A stretch of DNA of 64,000 nucleotides from Candidatus Woesearchaeota archaeon (GTDB lineage: Archaea > Nanobdellota > Nanobdellia > Woesearchaeales > 0-14-0-80-44-23), in assembly GCA_038874135.1 (NCBI GenBank), contig JAVZCZ010000001.1:288968-352967 (forward strand), written 5' to 3'. The position numbers were made by a program, and so were the translations under genes. The notes under the pieces were generated by a model. The model was not told the DNA's origin. It ran no database searches and worked only from the letters and a program-made list of their open reading frames with translations. Below, piece after piece: positions 17,572 through 27,663 of the stretch. Within the stretch, counting starts at the first letter, position 1, and every line of letters begins with the position of its first letter.

Positions 17572-18174
17572 ATGGTTGAAATAAAGGCTTTTAACAGGTG
17601 GAGCACGCAGGGCATCGTAGTTAGTGATCCTGGCTTGAAGGATTATATTACTCTTGAGCCCAAGATTGCTCCTAGGAGTAACGGCACATATGCTGGAAAC
17701 AAGTTTTACAAGTCTAAGATTTTTATTGTTGAGCGCCTTATGAATAAGCTGATGGTTGCTGGGCATAGGGCTAAGAAGCACACTTTTACTTCTTCCCTGC
17801 TTACTGGGAAGAGCCAGAGCGCTTACAAGCTTACTGAGAGAGCTTTAGAGATTATTGAGCAGAAGACCAAGAAGAATCCCATTCAGGTTTTGGTTACTGC
17901 TATTGAGAACGCTGCTCCCCGTGAGGGCATAGTTTCTATAGAGTATGGAGGTGCCAGGTATCCTAAGGCAGTGGATGTGAGTCCTCAGCGCAGGATTGAC
18001 TTAGCGCTTAGGCTTATGGTGCAGGGTGCTTATGCTAAGACTTTTAACAATCCTAAGAAGAAGTTTGAGGAGATGCTTGCTGCTGAGATAATAGACGCTT
18101 ATAATCTCAGTCCGAACTCAAATGCGATATCTAAGAAGCTTATGACTGAGAGGCAGGCTGAAGCTTCAAGGTAA
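17572..18174 (+). CDS. rps7: 30S ribosomal protein uS7 (S7P)
   Basis: MVEIKAFNRWS...LMVAGHRAKKHTF...IENAAPREG typical archaeal S7. GC content higher than upstream block. Confidence 0.85.
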   Translation: MVEIKAFNRWSTQGIVVSDPGLKDYITLEPKIAPRSNGTYAGNKFYKSKIFIVERLMNKLMVAGHRAKKHTFTSSLLTGKSQSAYKLTERALEIIEQKTKKNPIQVLVTAIENAAPREGIVSIEYGGARYPKAVDVSPQRRIDLALRLMVQGAYAKTFNNPKKKFEEMLAAEIIDAYNLSPNSNAISKKLMTERQAEASR

Positions 18175-18190
18175 TTTGGGATGTTTTCTT

Positions 18191-19084
18191 TCATTTTTTT
18201 AAGTTCTTAATTGATTTAATCTGATGCCAGAGTACATCTTCCGATTTTCTGGTTGTATAGTCTATAAATCCTAGTGCTCGCGATATAATCCCTAAGAATA
18301 TTATGCCTAATATTTGGGGAATATTTCGGATTGTTATATTCTGTGACATTGTTTTTAGAATACTCCAACTTTTTAAGGTTGCCGCATTGTATTTATATCT
18401 CTTGGCTAGGATTAGATGCCCGCAGTAGTTTCTCTTCTGCTGGTTTATGAAATCAGCTATTGTTTCAGGTGACTTGTTATAAACAATTGCTTCTGGTTCA
18501 TATTTTAGGAGTAGTCTCTTTTGTTGGATTAATCGTGCAATTTCTTCTTCGTCAACTGTTGTTGGTCTTATTCTTTTTATTAGGTTGTTTCTAAACGCTA
18601 TCATTTCTCCAAATTTTGGCTGTTTTAGGGATAGCTCGTGATGTATTTTGTATATGAGGTGTGCTGTGAATCCGAAGAATGTGTTTTTTTTATTTAGAGG
18701 GATTATTCTTGAGGCTACGGCGCCCACTTTATTGTTTTTGAAGTTTCTTGCCAGTTTTTCGTATGCGTCTCTTTTCGGGATTGTGTCTGCACTTTCCATT
18801 ATTAGAACGGGGCTTTTTGCGATTTTTAGGAATAGGTTTATTGCATAATATTTTCCCTTGCGCGACTTGAAGGTTATAAGCTTGAGTTTGTCTTTCAGAA
18901 TTTTGTGTGCTATTGCTTTTTTTACTTCTCTTTCCGTGTTGTCTGTGCTCCCGTCATTTATTACTATGACCTCTTTTATTTCTGCTGTTTTAAGCTTCTG
19001 TTTTGCTATCTCGCTTAGAAGGATGTATATGTTTTGTTCTTCGTTGTAGGCTGGTACCAGCACGCTTATTTTTATCTTCTTCAC
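18191..19084 (-). CDS. Family 2 glycosyltransferase (dolichyl-phosphate sugar synthase-like)
   Basis: KISVLVPAYNEEQNI...VIVINDGSTDNT. Confidence 0.7.
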   Translation of the reverse strand: MKKIKISVLVPAYNEEQNIYILLSEIAKQKLKTAEIKEVIVINDGSTDNTEREVKKAIAHKILKDKLKLITFKSRKGKYYAINLFLKIAKSPVLIMESADTIPKRDAYEKLARNFKNNKVGAVASRIIPLNKKNTFFGFTAHLIYKIHHELSLKQPKFGEMIAFRNNLIKRIRPTTVDEEEIARLIQQKRLLLKYEPEAIVYNKSPETIADFINQQKRNYCGHLILAKRYKYNAATLKSWSILKTMSQNITIRNIPQILGIIFLGIISRALGFIDYTTRKSEDVLWHQIKSIKNLKK

Positions 19085-19158
19085 AGAGCTGTGATGCCTT
19101 CTTATTTTTTAAAGGTTTTTGAAAAGGCTTTTAAATATTGGATTCGCTTTTTTAGAAT

Positions 19159-19572
19159 ATGAATGGGTTTGAGATTTTTTTAGTAAAAGGTAAGAGTATG
19201 CGTCCCTTATTAAGAGAGGGTGATAGTTGTATTGTTGTGAAAGATAAGAATTATGGTCTTTTTGATGTGGTGGCATTTCGGAGGAAAGGAAAGGTTATTA
19301 TTCACAGAATTGTAAAATTTCGCAGGGACGGCAGGGTTACTACTCACGGGGATAATTCAGCAAGTTTTTTTAGAGCACTTGCCTCTTTTGAAGTTATTAG
19401 AAGGAAGGATATTATTGGGAGAGTTGTCTGCATTGTAAGGTCTAGAAGGAAGGTTGAAGGGTTTCGTTTGAAGCTTCTTTCGTTTTTCTCACTTGTTTTG
19501 GGAATTTTTAGGATGCTTCCGTTTCTTTTTAAAAGGTATGTTTTTGGCTTTAAGCCTCGTAAGGCTCTTTAA
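19159..19572 (+). CDS. S24/S26-family serine peptidase (signal peptidase / LexA-catalytic-domain-like)
   Basis: KGKSMRPLLREGDSCIVV ... VVAFRRKGKVIIHRIV (Ser/Lys dyad pattern). Small, 137 aa. Confidence 0.5.
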   Translation: MNGFEIFLVKGKSMRPLLREGDSCIVVKDKNYGLFDVVAFRRKGKVIIHRIVKFRRDGRVTTHGDNSASFFRALASFEVIRRKDIIGRVVCIVRSRRKVEGFRLKLLSFFSLVLGIFRMLPFLFKRYVFGFKPRKAL

Positions 19573-21487
19573 GCTCAATTATGCCCGGGTTTTTCTCGTT
19601 CCTTATCTTGTTACCATATATGTATATGTACTGCCAGAATAGTCCCTGCTTCCTTTCAACCTGGACATAAAATCCGCATTCTCTGAATATCTCCTTTATC
19701 CTGTTATCATCGGAAAGCCATTCTATGTTTGGGAGTATCCAGAAGAATTTGTCATATTCTAAGAATACTATCCTGCCGTGCTTTTTGAGTCTGCTGTTTA
19801 TCTCTTTTAGAACATATTTCAGGTCTTGTATATAGCCTAAGGCTGCTACTGATACTGCAGCGTCAATTTTCTTTATTTGGCGGTGTATTGAGTCCTTCTT
19901 TTCGTGGAGCACGATTACATGTTCATGTCCAGCTCTTTTGAGTCTGCCCCGAGTTATTTTTATCTCTCTTTCAGAGATGTCTGTAGCGTATACTCTTCCT
20001 TTTTTTGTGACTGCTTCTGCCAGGTGCATTGTAAGGGTGCCTACTCCGCATCCGAACTCTAGTACTTTTTTATCCTTTATATTCCCTAGAAGTTCTAGTA
20101 TTTCGTCGCGAACTCCTCTTGGGAGAAAGTAGTTTTCAGTAAGAAATGCTAGATAAGCAAAGAAGTCGTTTACGAGGATGATTGCCTTAGGGTTGTAATA
20201 AAGTTGTAAGAGGAAGTATACTGGAATTCCTGAGGCTGTGAGTGATATGCCTAGAAGGAATAAGTTTATTGATGAAGGCATGCTTTGCAGCCAGTTCCAG
20301 ATTATAAATATGAAGAATATGCTTATGAGTATTGGTCCTATAACTCCGAAAGGGGCTTTGAACTTTCTTTCTAAGAATGGTTTTTTGAATCTCAGTATGG
20401 TTACTGCAAGTATTATTGGGATGTACATTATTAGGGAGAGAGGAACTACTAAGCTTAGGAACACTTGGTATTTTCCCATTCCTATGAAGAGCATTAGTAT
20501 TCCTACTATTGTTTGAAAGATTATTGCATTGTAGGGTGTCTTATGTGTGGGGTGTATCTTAACCATTTGGGAAAGGAAGAGTCTGTCTCTGGCGAGAGCG
20601 TATATCAATCTGGGTGTGGTGATTATGCCAACTGCTGCTGAGCCCATCATTGTGAAGTATACTCCCAAGCCTATTATTATTCTGCCAGTTTCTCCAAACA
20701 GAGATTCTGCCATCGTTGCTAATGGCGCATTAAGTCCTGAGAGGAACTGCCAGCCGAACATTCCTAGCGATACGAACGCGAGGAGTAGTCCCATTATTGC
20801 CATTGTTGCTGAGCCGAGCACTAATGCCCTGGGCACAACCCTTTCTGGCTCTTTTGTTTCTTCTGCTAGGAATGTTGCTGCTTCCCATCCAAAGTAGGTT
20901 TCTAAGAGGAAGAACATTGTTAGGAATATCGAACTGATTGGATGTGTGAAGAATGGGGAGAAGTTGGAGAGTTGAATGCGGAATGCTCCGGGTATTATTA
21001 CTGCAATTGCTACTGATATTGTTATGGCTGAAAAGGTTATGAGTGTTACTGAGCTTGCCTCAATGCCGAGGTATGTTATGTAGTTCATGAGCAGAATGAA
21101 AAGGATGCTGATTGCCATTCTGATTATGTTGTAGTAGGGCGTTGTGGGTGATATCAAGTAGTCTAGTGCAACTAGTATGAGCATCGCAAATTCTATGTTT
21201 GCAACCAGCCAGACCAGCCATCCTATTATAAATGATACTGGTCTTCCGTACGCCTGCTTGCTGTATTCATAGGCGCCTCCGGCTTTAGGGAATAGCGCAA
21301 CAAGCTCTCCGAAAAGTGAGGATATATATACTGAGATGAGTCCGAGAATTGCCCAGGCAATTATTGAAAGGTTTCCCGCATAGCCTGCTGCTATTGAGCT
21401 TCCGAAGAAGAATCCGCTTCCAACAAGTGAGCCCAGCACCAGTGCAAATACCTGCCAGAAGCCCAGCTCCTTTTTCAGTTCGCTCAT
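19550..21487 (-). CDS. Fusion protein: APC-family amino acid permease (N-terminal) + class I SAM-dependent methyltransferase (C-terminal)
   Basis: About 12 TM helices with APC signature (GSGFFFGSS...EYSKQAYG), then VLEFGCGVGTLTMHLA...VYATDISE methyltransferase motifs I/II. Confidence 0.65.
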   Translation of the reverse strand: MSELKKELGFWQVFALVLGSLVGSGFFFGSSIAAGYAGNLSIIAWAILGLISVYISSLFGELVALFPKAGGAYEYSKQAYGRPVSFIIGWLVWLVANIEFAMLILVALDYLISPTTPYYNIIRMAISILFILLMNYITYLGIEASSVTLITFSAITISVAIAVIIPGAFRIQLSNFSPFFTHPISSIFLTMFFLLETYFGWEAATFLAEETKEPERVVPRALVLGSATMAIMGLLLAFVSLGMFGWQFLSGLNAPLATMAESLFGETGRIIIGLGVYFTMMGSAAVGIITTPRLIYALARDRLFLSQMVKIHPTHKTPYNAIIFQTIVGILMLFIGMGKYQVFLSLVVPLSLIMYIPIILAVTILRFKKPFLERKFKAPFGVIGPILISIFFIFIIWNWLQSMPSSINLFLLGISLTASGIPVYFLLQLYYNPKAIILVNDFFAYLAFLTENYFLPRGVRDEILELLGNIKDKKVLEFGCGVGTLTMHLAEAVTKKGRVYATDISEREIKITRGRLKRAGHEHVIVLHEKKDSIHRQIKKIDAAVSVAALGYIQDLKYVLKEINSRLKKHGRIVFLEYDKFFWILPNIEWLSDDNRIKEIFRECGFYVQVERKQGLFWQYIYIYGNKIRNEKNPGIIELKEPYEA

Positions 21488-21588
21488 ACTTATTAAACTC
21501 CCTTGAAGGTTTAAAAATAGTTGTCTAAACTTTTAAGTGGTTTAAATTTTAGATTTTTAGTTGTTTATGTCTTCGTTGCGCTTAGAGA

Positions 21589-22299
21589 ATGTTTTTAAAT
21601 TGTATTGTTTTTTTACTGCTTATGAGAGTCATATTTGCTGAGGCGAGGGCTGTTGACAAGATTAAGATTAGAAAAGGGGAAGTGGATAAGCTTCCTAAGA
21701 AGGTTGGACTTTTAACTACTGTTCAACTCATAGGACAGGTTAAGGATGTAAGGCGTAAGATTGAAGATTCTGGCAGAGTTGTGATTTTGGGAAGGGGAGA
21801 GCATTCTAAGTATGATGGACAGATTTTGGGGTGCGATGCTGTTCCTCCTAAAGATGTTGAAGCTTATCTGTATGTGGGTGAGGGACTATTTCACCCGCTG
21901 GGAATTGCACTTAAAACTGACAAGCCGGTTTTCATACTTGATCCAACAACCGGTAGGCTAAGTAGGCTGAATAGTGAACTTGTTGAGAAGGAAAAAAAGA
22001 GGAAGAAGGGCGCCCTGCTGCGCTTCTTAGACGCCAAAAGTGTAGGAATACTCGTGTCAACAAAGCCGGGTCAGTTGAGGTTAGAGCAGGCATTCTCACT
22101 TAAAAAACAGCTTAAGAGCCTCGGAAAGGATGCTTATGTACTGATATTTGACACTTTAGATCCGTCAGAGCTTGGAAACTTTACATTTATTGAATGCTTT
22201 GTTAACCTGGCTTGTCCGAGGATTTCAGAAGATGCTGAAAAGCTCGGCAGGCCTGTGGTTAATTATGAAGACATCCTCAGCTATCTCAAATACAAATAA
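21589..22299 (+). CDS. Dph2-like (diphthamide synthase family) protein, short form lacking the first domain
   Basis: ILGCDAV...YVGEGLFHPLG...NLACPRISEDAEKLGRPVVNYEDI resembles Dph2 domains 2-3. Only 236 aa. Confidence 0.45.
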   Translation: MFLNCIVFLLLMRVIFAEARAVDKIKIRKGEVDKLPKKVGLLTTVQLIGQVKDVRRKIEDSGRVVILGRGEHSKYDGQILGCDAVPPKDVEAYLYVGEGLFHPLGIALKTDKPVFILDPTTGRLSRLNSELVEKEKKRKKGALLRFLDAKSVGILVSTKPGQLRLEQAFSLKKQLKSLGKDAYVLIFDTLDPSELGNFTFIECFVNLACPRISEDAEKLGRPVVNYEDILSYLKYK

Positions 22300-22329
22300 T
22301 TTTTAAACTCTTAAACAATTCATAATTGG

Positions 22330-22953
22330 GTGGTGTTCATGGTTAAGAGTAAGGGAAGTTTAAAAAGGGCTTCAGCCAGAAGATTAGGCAAAGATGTAGA
22401 GGTTAAGCGCAGGGTTCTTGCTGTGAATGCAGGGTTTCTTGTTAGGGGCGTGGCTCTACTTGTGGACTTATTGCTGCTCAGATTTACAATAGCTATTCCA
22501 TTCGTTAATAAGCTTTTATCCTTTTATGAAATGGCGGGAATTCCTGTTCATGAGACGAATTCAACCTTGAACTCTTCTGAAATTTTTAATGTCAGCCAAG
22601 CATATTTTGAGTCGCATCCCGAAGTTCTAAATCAGTTCTTCCTATGGCTGTTCGGCATGTTTGCAGCATTCTGGCTGTACTTCTCACTTATGGAGTTCTT
22701 TTTTGGACAGACATTTGGTAAGATGCTGATAAAGCTTGCTGTGATAAAGGATGAAAAGGAAGAGGTTAAAGATGGCAAGTCGCTCAAGCCCAGCATATTT
22801 AAATGTCTCTTAAAAAATGTGAGATTCTTGACAATTTTTCCATTCTTCTTAATATGGCTTTTTGACCTGCTTTTCCTGCTGTTTAGGAAGGACAGACGGA
22901 CATTCAGTGAGGTTATTAGCGGTACAAAAACTGTGCAGTATGTTGAGTATTGA
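22330..22953 (+). CDS. RDD-family membrane protein
   Basis: RVLAVNAGFLVRGVALLVDLLLL start and ...RRTFSEVISGTKTV end, typical of the RDD domain. Confidence 0.55.
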   Translation: MVFMVKSKGSLKRASARRLGKDVEVKRRVLAVNAGFLVRGVALLVDLLLLRFTIAIPFVNKLLSFYEMAGIPVHETNSTLNSSEIFNVSQAYFESHPEVLNQFFLWLFGMFAAFWLYFSLMEFFFGQTFGKMLIKLAVIKDEKEEVKDGKSLKPSIFKCLLKNVRFLTIFPFFLIWLFDLLFLLFRKDRRTFSEVISGTKTVQYVEY

Positions 22954-22964
22954 GGTGAGCGTGC

Positions 22965-24110
22965 TTGAATTTCGTCAGACGTGAAGTTCGTGCAGAATTT
23001 TTTTGTTTATTCTTCCTTGTTCTTCTTGTTTTATTTTCTTTAAGCGGCGAGGCTGCATTCAAGATAAGCTATGAGTGTCTTGCTCCCAACTGTGTAGAAG
23101 GCGAAACGATTGTTTGGAAGGTTAACATTTCCAATGTTGAAAGAGAGAGCATAAGGGTTTACAAGATTGAGATTAAGAATTTTGACGGTACAATTGCTTC
23201 ATATTCTGAACCTTTTGAGGTGCCATTCTCCCAAAGTAGGATTGTTACCTTTTTAGGCAAGGTTCCTGCACCTTATAATTTTACAACTGCGTATTATTAT
23301 CCATGCTTTACATTTTTTAGGATTGAAAATAAAACAGTCATTCCTGACGAGGAAAGGTGCTATAATGTTGTTGAGAACCTTACTGTGATGCCCAGCAGGA
23401 TTTTGCGTTGCTCTTCTGATGCCGATTGCCCTTCAGATTCCAGGTGTGAGCAGGGGCTGTGTTTTATGATAAGATGCGAGGGATGCACTCATGCTGAGGA
23501 GCACAAGTGTGTAAGTTATGAATGCTGTTCTAACGCTGAGTGTGCTTCTCGTATGGTGTGTAAGAATCATTCGTGTTCACTGCTGAACTGCCCAGAGGAT
23601 TATTACGCTGATGAGCACATCTGTAAGAAGCTTTCCTGCGGCATTTTTGAGGTTCCTAGGAGGAATGTGTGCGCGCCTAACTATATAATGTATATAAGTG
23701 CTGCTGCAGCTTTCTTAATAATTTTGGGAATTTCTACGATTGTGTTCCTCAAAAACTTCCGTGTTGGCGGAAAGACTTTGTGGAAGAAGATTAATGACAG
23801 TAGAGAAGTTAAGAAGTACAGAATGAGAGAGCAGAGATATCTCAAAGAGGCTGAGATTCATAGAGAGCTTCTTAAATATGAAAAAGGCAGGGAAGAAATT
23901 AAGTTTCACACTGCTGAGATGAAGAAGTACGAGCTGCTGGCATCTAAGGAGAGGAGTAAGTGGGAGAAGATTTTGGGATTGCAGACTTGTCCGGAGTGTC
24001 ACGCGCAGGTTGATGCTAAGCTTAGGATATGTCCGAAGTGCGGGGCACGCCTAAAGGACAGGAGCATCCGGGAAGAGGATTTTATTAGGGGAAGCCAGTA
24101 TGAAAGATAG
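22965..24110 (+). CDS. Cys-rich extracellular domain / single-TM / cytoplasmic zinc-ribbon protein
   Basis: Signal peptide, many Cys (CPSDSRCEQGLCFMIRCEGC...), TM near aa 245, C-terminal CPECHAQVDAKLRICPKCGARL. Confidence 0.4.
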   Translation: MNFVRREVRAEFFCLFFLVLLVLFSLSGEAAFKISYECLAPNCVEGETIVWKVNISNVERESIRVYKIEIKNFDGTIASYSEPFEVPFSQSRIVTFLGKVPAPYNFTTAYYYPCFTFFRIENKTVIPDEERCYNVVENLTVMPSRILRCSSDADCPSDSRCEQGLCFMIRCEGCTHAEEHKCVSYECCSNAECASRMVCKNHSCSLLNCPEDYYADEHICKKLSCGIFEVPRRNVCAPNYIMYISAAAAFLIILGISTIVFLKNFRVGGKTLWKKINDSREVKKYRMREQRYLKEAEIHRELLKYEKGREEIKFHTAEMKKYELLASKERSKWEKILGLQTCPECHAQVDAKLRICPKCGARLKDRSIREEDFIRGSQYER

Positions 24111-25587
24111 GGTTCATAGGGCTGATAAGGATTCAAAAGTTAAAGCAGTTCTGCTTGCCCTAGCAGTTTTTACATGTTTTTTCTCAGCATATGTTCCACA
24201 TTTAAAGAATCCCTTTCCAATTCATGTGGACGAGTGGCAGCATCTAGCTCAGATAATCGCGATTTCCGAAGGAAAGCCGAACTTGAATCCGTATGTTGGA
24301 GAGAGACATTTTGATTTTGAAATTTTGTTTCATCTAATTTGGGCTTTTCCAGCATTACTTATGGGACGGGTTGGTTTCATACTTTTCAGCAGGTTTATAC
24401 CTGCAATTCTTGCAGCCTTGTCTGGCTTTTGTCTTTACTTTTCTCTCAGAAAGATGAAGTTTTCATATATTGAAGCACTACTCTCAATTTTTATATTTGC
24501 AACTTTGAAGAGTGGACTTAACTTACTAGGAACTGCCTACTTCGTGCCGATGTCAGCAGCTTTCCCATTGATGTTTCTATTCCTGGGCTACTTTTCAGAA
24601 AGTGTTGCTGAGGGTAAGAATATTCTTATTTCCACCCTGCTGTGGGTTCTTCTTTTTATGATTTATCCGCCAAGTGCAACCATACTACTCCCAGCAATTA
24701 TTACCTATCCGCTTTTCTTTCCAAATTTTATCAAGAAGAGGGCTAAGCTTCTTTTAGTATTTGGGATAATTCTAACATGCATGATTATCACATCTCTGCT
24801 AATAAGATTAAATGGAGAGGTAGCTTTTTTTCTAATCTTAAAAAATCTGGTGTTCAAGTTCGGATGGGGAGGGTATGAGCTGAAATATTCAATTCCGTTG
24901 CTATTCACAATTCCAGGATTTATACTGGCGCTTATGGGAGCATATTTAAAAAAGGGGGAGGATAGGCCGCGCCTTCTGCTCTTGGCAGCATTTTTTTCAA
25001 TACTAATTTCTTTCATATTTCAGATTTTTAATGTGAGCTTTCTAGCACCTTATCAGAGAGTGGTTTATTATGTTATGATTTTTATGGTTCCACTCGCCGG
25101 GGTCGGATTATCTAAGGTTTACTTGTTCCTATATTCAAGGGTTGGGTCAACTTTTGCTGTTATTGCAGTCGTCCTAATTTTAGGTTTAATGTTCCAGCTT
25201 AAATATCCTTCTAAGAGTTTGAGCATTGACTATGCAAAGCCGATAATGAATATGGATGCTTGGAATGCTCTTCTATGGGCTAGGGATAATCTTCCTAATG
25301 ATTCAGTTATCCTCTCAGATTTTATGCTGTCTAGTGCAGTTACCCCTATAGCTGGGAGAGTAGTGCAGGCAGTTCTTCCCGCGCAGCTCGGCACATTTGA
25401 CAGGCAGGAGGAAAGGCTTGTAGATGCTATTAAGTTTTTTAATAATGGAGAGTGTTCTGAAAAATTGGGAATTATTGATAAGTGGAATGTGAGCGTGGTC
25501 ATCTCAGACAAGAGGGAAACCTGCCTTGAATTTGAGGGCTTTCAGTTAGCATATGCAAAAAATTATTTCATATATAGAAAGTATTAA
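24100..25587 (+). CDS. Polytopic membrane protein (possible GT-C-like)
   Basis: 10 or more hydrophobic helices. Start overlaps the upstream stop (ATGAAAGATAG). Confidence 0.4.
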   Translation: MKDRVHRADKDSKVKAVLLALAVFTCFFSAYVPHLKNPFPIHVDEWQHLAQIIAISEGKPNLNPYVGERHFDFEILFHLIWAFPALLMGRVGFILFSRFIPAILAALSGFCLYFSLRKMKFSYIEALLSIFIFATLKSGLNLLGTAYFVPMSAAFPLMFLFLGYFSESVAEGKNILISTLLWVLLFMIYPPSATILLPAIITYPLFFPNFIKKRAKLLLVFGIILTCMIITSLLIRLNGEVAFFLILKNLVFKFGWGGYELKYSIPLLFTIPGFILALMGAYLKKGEDRPRLLLLAAFFSILISFIFQIFNVSFLAPYQRVVYYVMIFMVPLAGVGLSKVYLFLYSRVGSTFAVIAVVLILGLMFQLKYPSKSLSIDYAKPIMNMDAWNALLWARDNLPNDSVILSDFMLSSAVTPIAGRVVQAVLPAQLGTFDRQEERLVDAIKFFNNGECSEKLGIIDKWNVSVVISDKRETCLEFEGFQLAYAKNYFIYRKY

Positions 25588-25610
25588 ATATAATAAGTCA
25601 TTTTGTTATT

Positions 25611-25922
25611 ATGTTATTAAAGAATTATGGAGGTGTGTTTATGGCGTTTTACCAACCGTATATGATGTGGCCCTTTTATCTTAGCCCAGGAATTTTTGCA
25701 CTGTTAATTCTAATTTTGATATGGAGCGCCGTCTGGAAGGCGATTGCACTTTGGAAGTCTGCAAGAAATGACGATCTGGCTTGGTTTATAGTATTCCTAA
25801 TAATAAATACAGCAGGCATTCTAGAGATTATTTACATATTCCTAATAAGTAAGAATAGGAAGTGCTGCGAGTGCGAAGAGGAAAGGAAGCCTGAAAAAAA
25901 GGTAAGAGCTAAAAAGAGATAG
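25611..25922 (+). CDS. Small membrane protein with CCECEEE tail
   Basis: Two TM helices. ORF only. Confidence 0.3.
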   Translation: MLLKNYGGVFMAFYQPYMMWPFYLSPGIFALLILILIWSAVWKAIALWKSARNDDLAWFIVFLIINTAGILEIIYIFLISKNRKCCECEEERKPEKKVRAKKR

Positions 25923-25979
25923 TAATTTTGGAATGTCCCATTTTTTATTGATTATATTTTTTGTTTAGATTGCATATTG

Positions 25980-26573
25980 TTAAATTGCTGTGGGCACGCT
26001 GATAAAGAATTCTGAGATTATGAGCAGTATTAAGGAAGCTGCAAGCATGACTGCGAAGGCAGTTCTACTCCAGTAGAAAACCTTTCTTCCGTCAAAGTTG
26101 AAAAAGGGGAGCATGTTGAAAAGGGATAACCAGGCATTGACAGTTAAGGCTGCTGATGCAAATGCCTTCACCTGCAGGCTTGTTGAAGAGAGTAGGAGCA
26201 CTAGGAAGAACAGGGCTAGGATTATGTTGGCAAGTGGGCCTGCCGATGCGATTGAGCCGATCTCCCTTTTCTTCATTGGCCTGCTGTTCAGTATTATCAC
26301 TGCGCCGGGGGCTGCGAACACTACTCCTAAGAGTGATAAAAGCACTGCAAGGATTAGCATTCTGAAGTCTGCTCTGAACTCTGCAAAACAGCCGTAGTGT
26401 TGAGCAACAATCTTGTGGGCTATCTCGTGAATTACGAAGCCAATTCCTATTGTTAGTAGCGCTATTAAGATGTTTATCTGATAAGCTATTGAAAAAGCTA
26501 GGCCTACACCTACTGTTGAGATTAGTATGTGAAGTGTTTCAATTCCTGAAAATCTTAATGGAAGATTTCGCAT
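25980..26573 (-). CDS. M50-family (site-2 protease-like) membrane metalloprotease
   Basis: HEIAHKIVAQHYG (HExxH) within a TM helix. ATG at 26573 avoids overlap with dnaJ; longest ORF starts at TTG 26609. Confidence 0.6.
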   Translation of the reverse strand: MRNLPLRFSGIETLHILISTVGVGLAFSIAYQINILIALLTIGIGFVIHEIAHKIVAQHYGCFAEFRADFRMLILAVLLSLLGVVFAAPGAVIILNSRPMKKREIGSIASAGPLANIILALFFLVLLLSSTSLQVKAFASAALTVNAWLSLFNMLPFFNFDGRKVFYWSRTAFAVMLAASLILLIISEFFISVPTAI

Positions 26574-26577
26574 TTTT

Positions 26578-27663
26578 TTACTCCTTTTCAAATTTGGCGA
26601 GTTTTTCAAGTATTGCCCTCTCTTCAGAGGAGATGTGCTCTGGAACCTTAACTTCCACTGTTACATACTCATCGCCATAGCCGTAGCCGTTAAGCCTGGG
26701 CATGCCACTCCCTTTTAGCCTGAACATTGTGCCTGGCTGCGTATGTGGTGGAATCTTTATTGAAACATTCCCGCTTGTAAGCGTTGGGACCTGTGCGGTG
26801 CCTCCCAATACCAGTTTGGTGTATGGAATACTCACTCTAGTGTATAGGTCGTCTCCCTTCCTTTCAAATATTGGGTGGGGTTTTACAAATACTCTTATAT
26901 AAAGGTCTCCGGGCCTTCCCCCGTGCGAGCCTGGCTCTCCCTCACCCTGAACTCTTAATTCTGCTCCAGAGTCAATCCCTGCAGGTATTTTCACTTCTAT
27001 TTTCTTCTTTTTAAGGACATATCCCGAGCCATGACATACTCGGCATCTCTTTTCAGCAATTCTTCCAGTTCCGTTACAGCTTCTGCACGGCCCGCTCGTG
27101 CTGAACATTCCGAATGGGGTTCTTCTTGTTGAGCGTACATATCCTGTGCCGTTGCAGGCTTCACACACTTTGAATTCGCCGTTTTCTGCTCCTGTTCCCT
27201 TGCAGGCTTCGCACTCCTCGTTTTTTTCCAGTATAAATGATTTTACAAGTCCCGAAGCTGCTTCTTCCAGAGTTATTTCTACATCGTGGTATATGTCTGC
27301 GCCACGCTTGGGACGAGTTCTGCTACTTCTTCCTCCCATGCTGAAGTCTTCAAAGAAGCTTCCGAAGCCGCTGAATAGGTCTTCAAAGTCGGAGAAGTCA
27401 AAGTCTCGGAAGTCAAATCCTGAGGAGCCAGCTTGGAAGCCGCCTGCTTCTGCAGAGCCGAACTTATCATAGTTTGCGCGTAGGTTGTCATCAGAAAGCA
27501 CTCTGTATGCTTCATTTATCTCTTTGAACTTTTCTTCCTTTTCTTTGTCTCCCCGGTTAAGATCGGGATGGTACTTCTTGGCTAATTCCTTATATGCCCG
27601 CTTTATTTCTTCCTTGGAAGCATTGGGAGGCACTCCTAATATTTTATAGTAGTCTTTAGACAT
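26578..27663 (-). CDS. dnaJ: Chaperone DnaJ
   Basis: J-domain YYKILGV...HPD, G/F-rich region, four CxxCxGxG zinc-finger repeats. Confidence 0.9.
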   Translation of the reverse strand: MSKDYYKILGVPPNASKEEIKRAYKELAKKYHPDLNRGDKEKEEKFKEINEAYRVLSDDNLRANYDKFGSAEAGGFQAGSSGFDFRDFDFSDFEDLFSGFGSFFEDFSMGGRSSRTRPKRGADIYHDVEITLEEAASGLVKSFILEKNEECEACKGTGAENGEFKVCEACNGTGYVRSTRRTPFGMFSTSGPCRSCNGTGRIAEKRCRVCHGSGYVLKKKKIEVKIPAGIDSGAELRVQGEGEPGSHGGRPGDLYIRVFVKPHPIFERKGDDLYTRVSIPYTKLVLGGTAQVPTLTSGNVSIKIPPHTQPGTMFRLKGSGMPRLNGYGYGDEYVTVEVKVPEHISSEERAILEKLAKFEKE

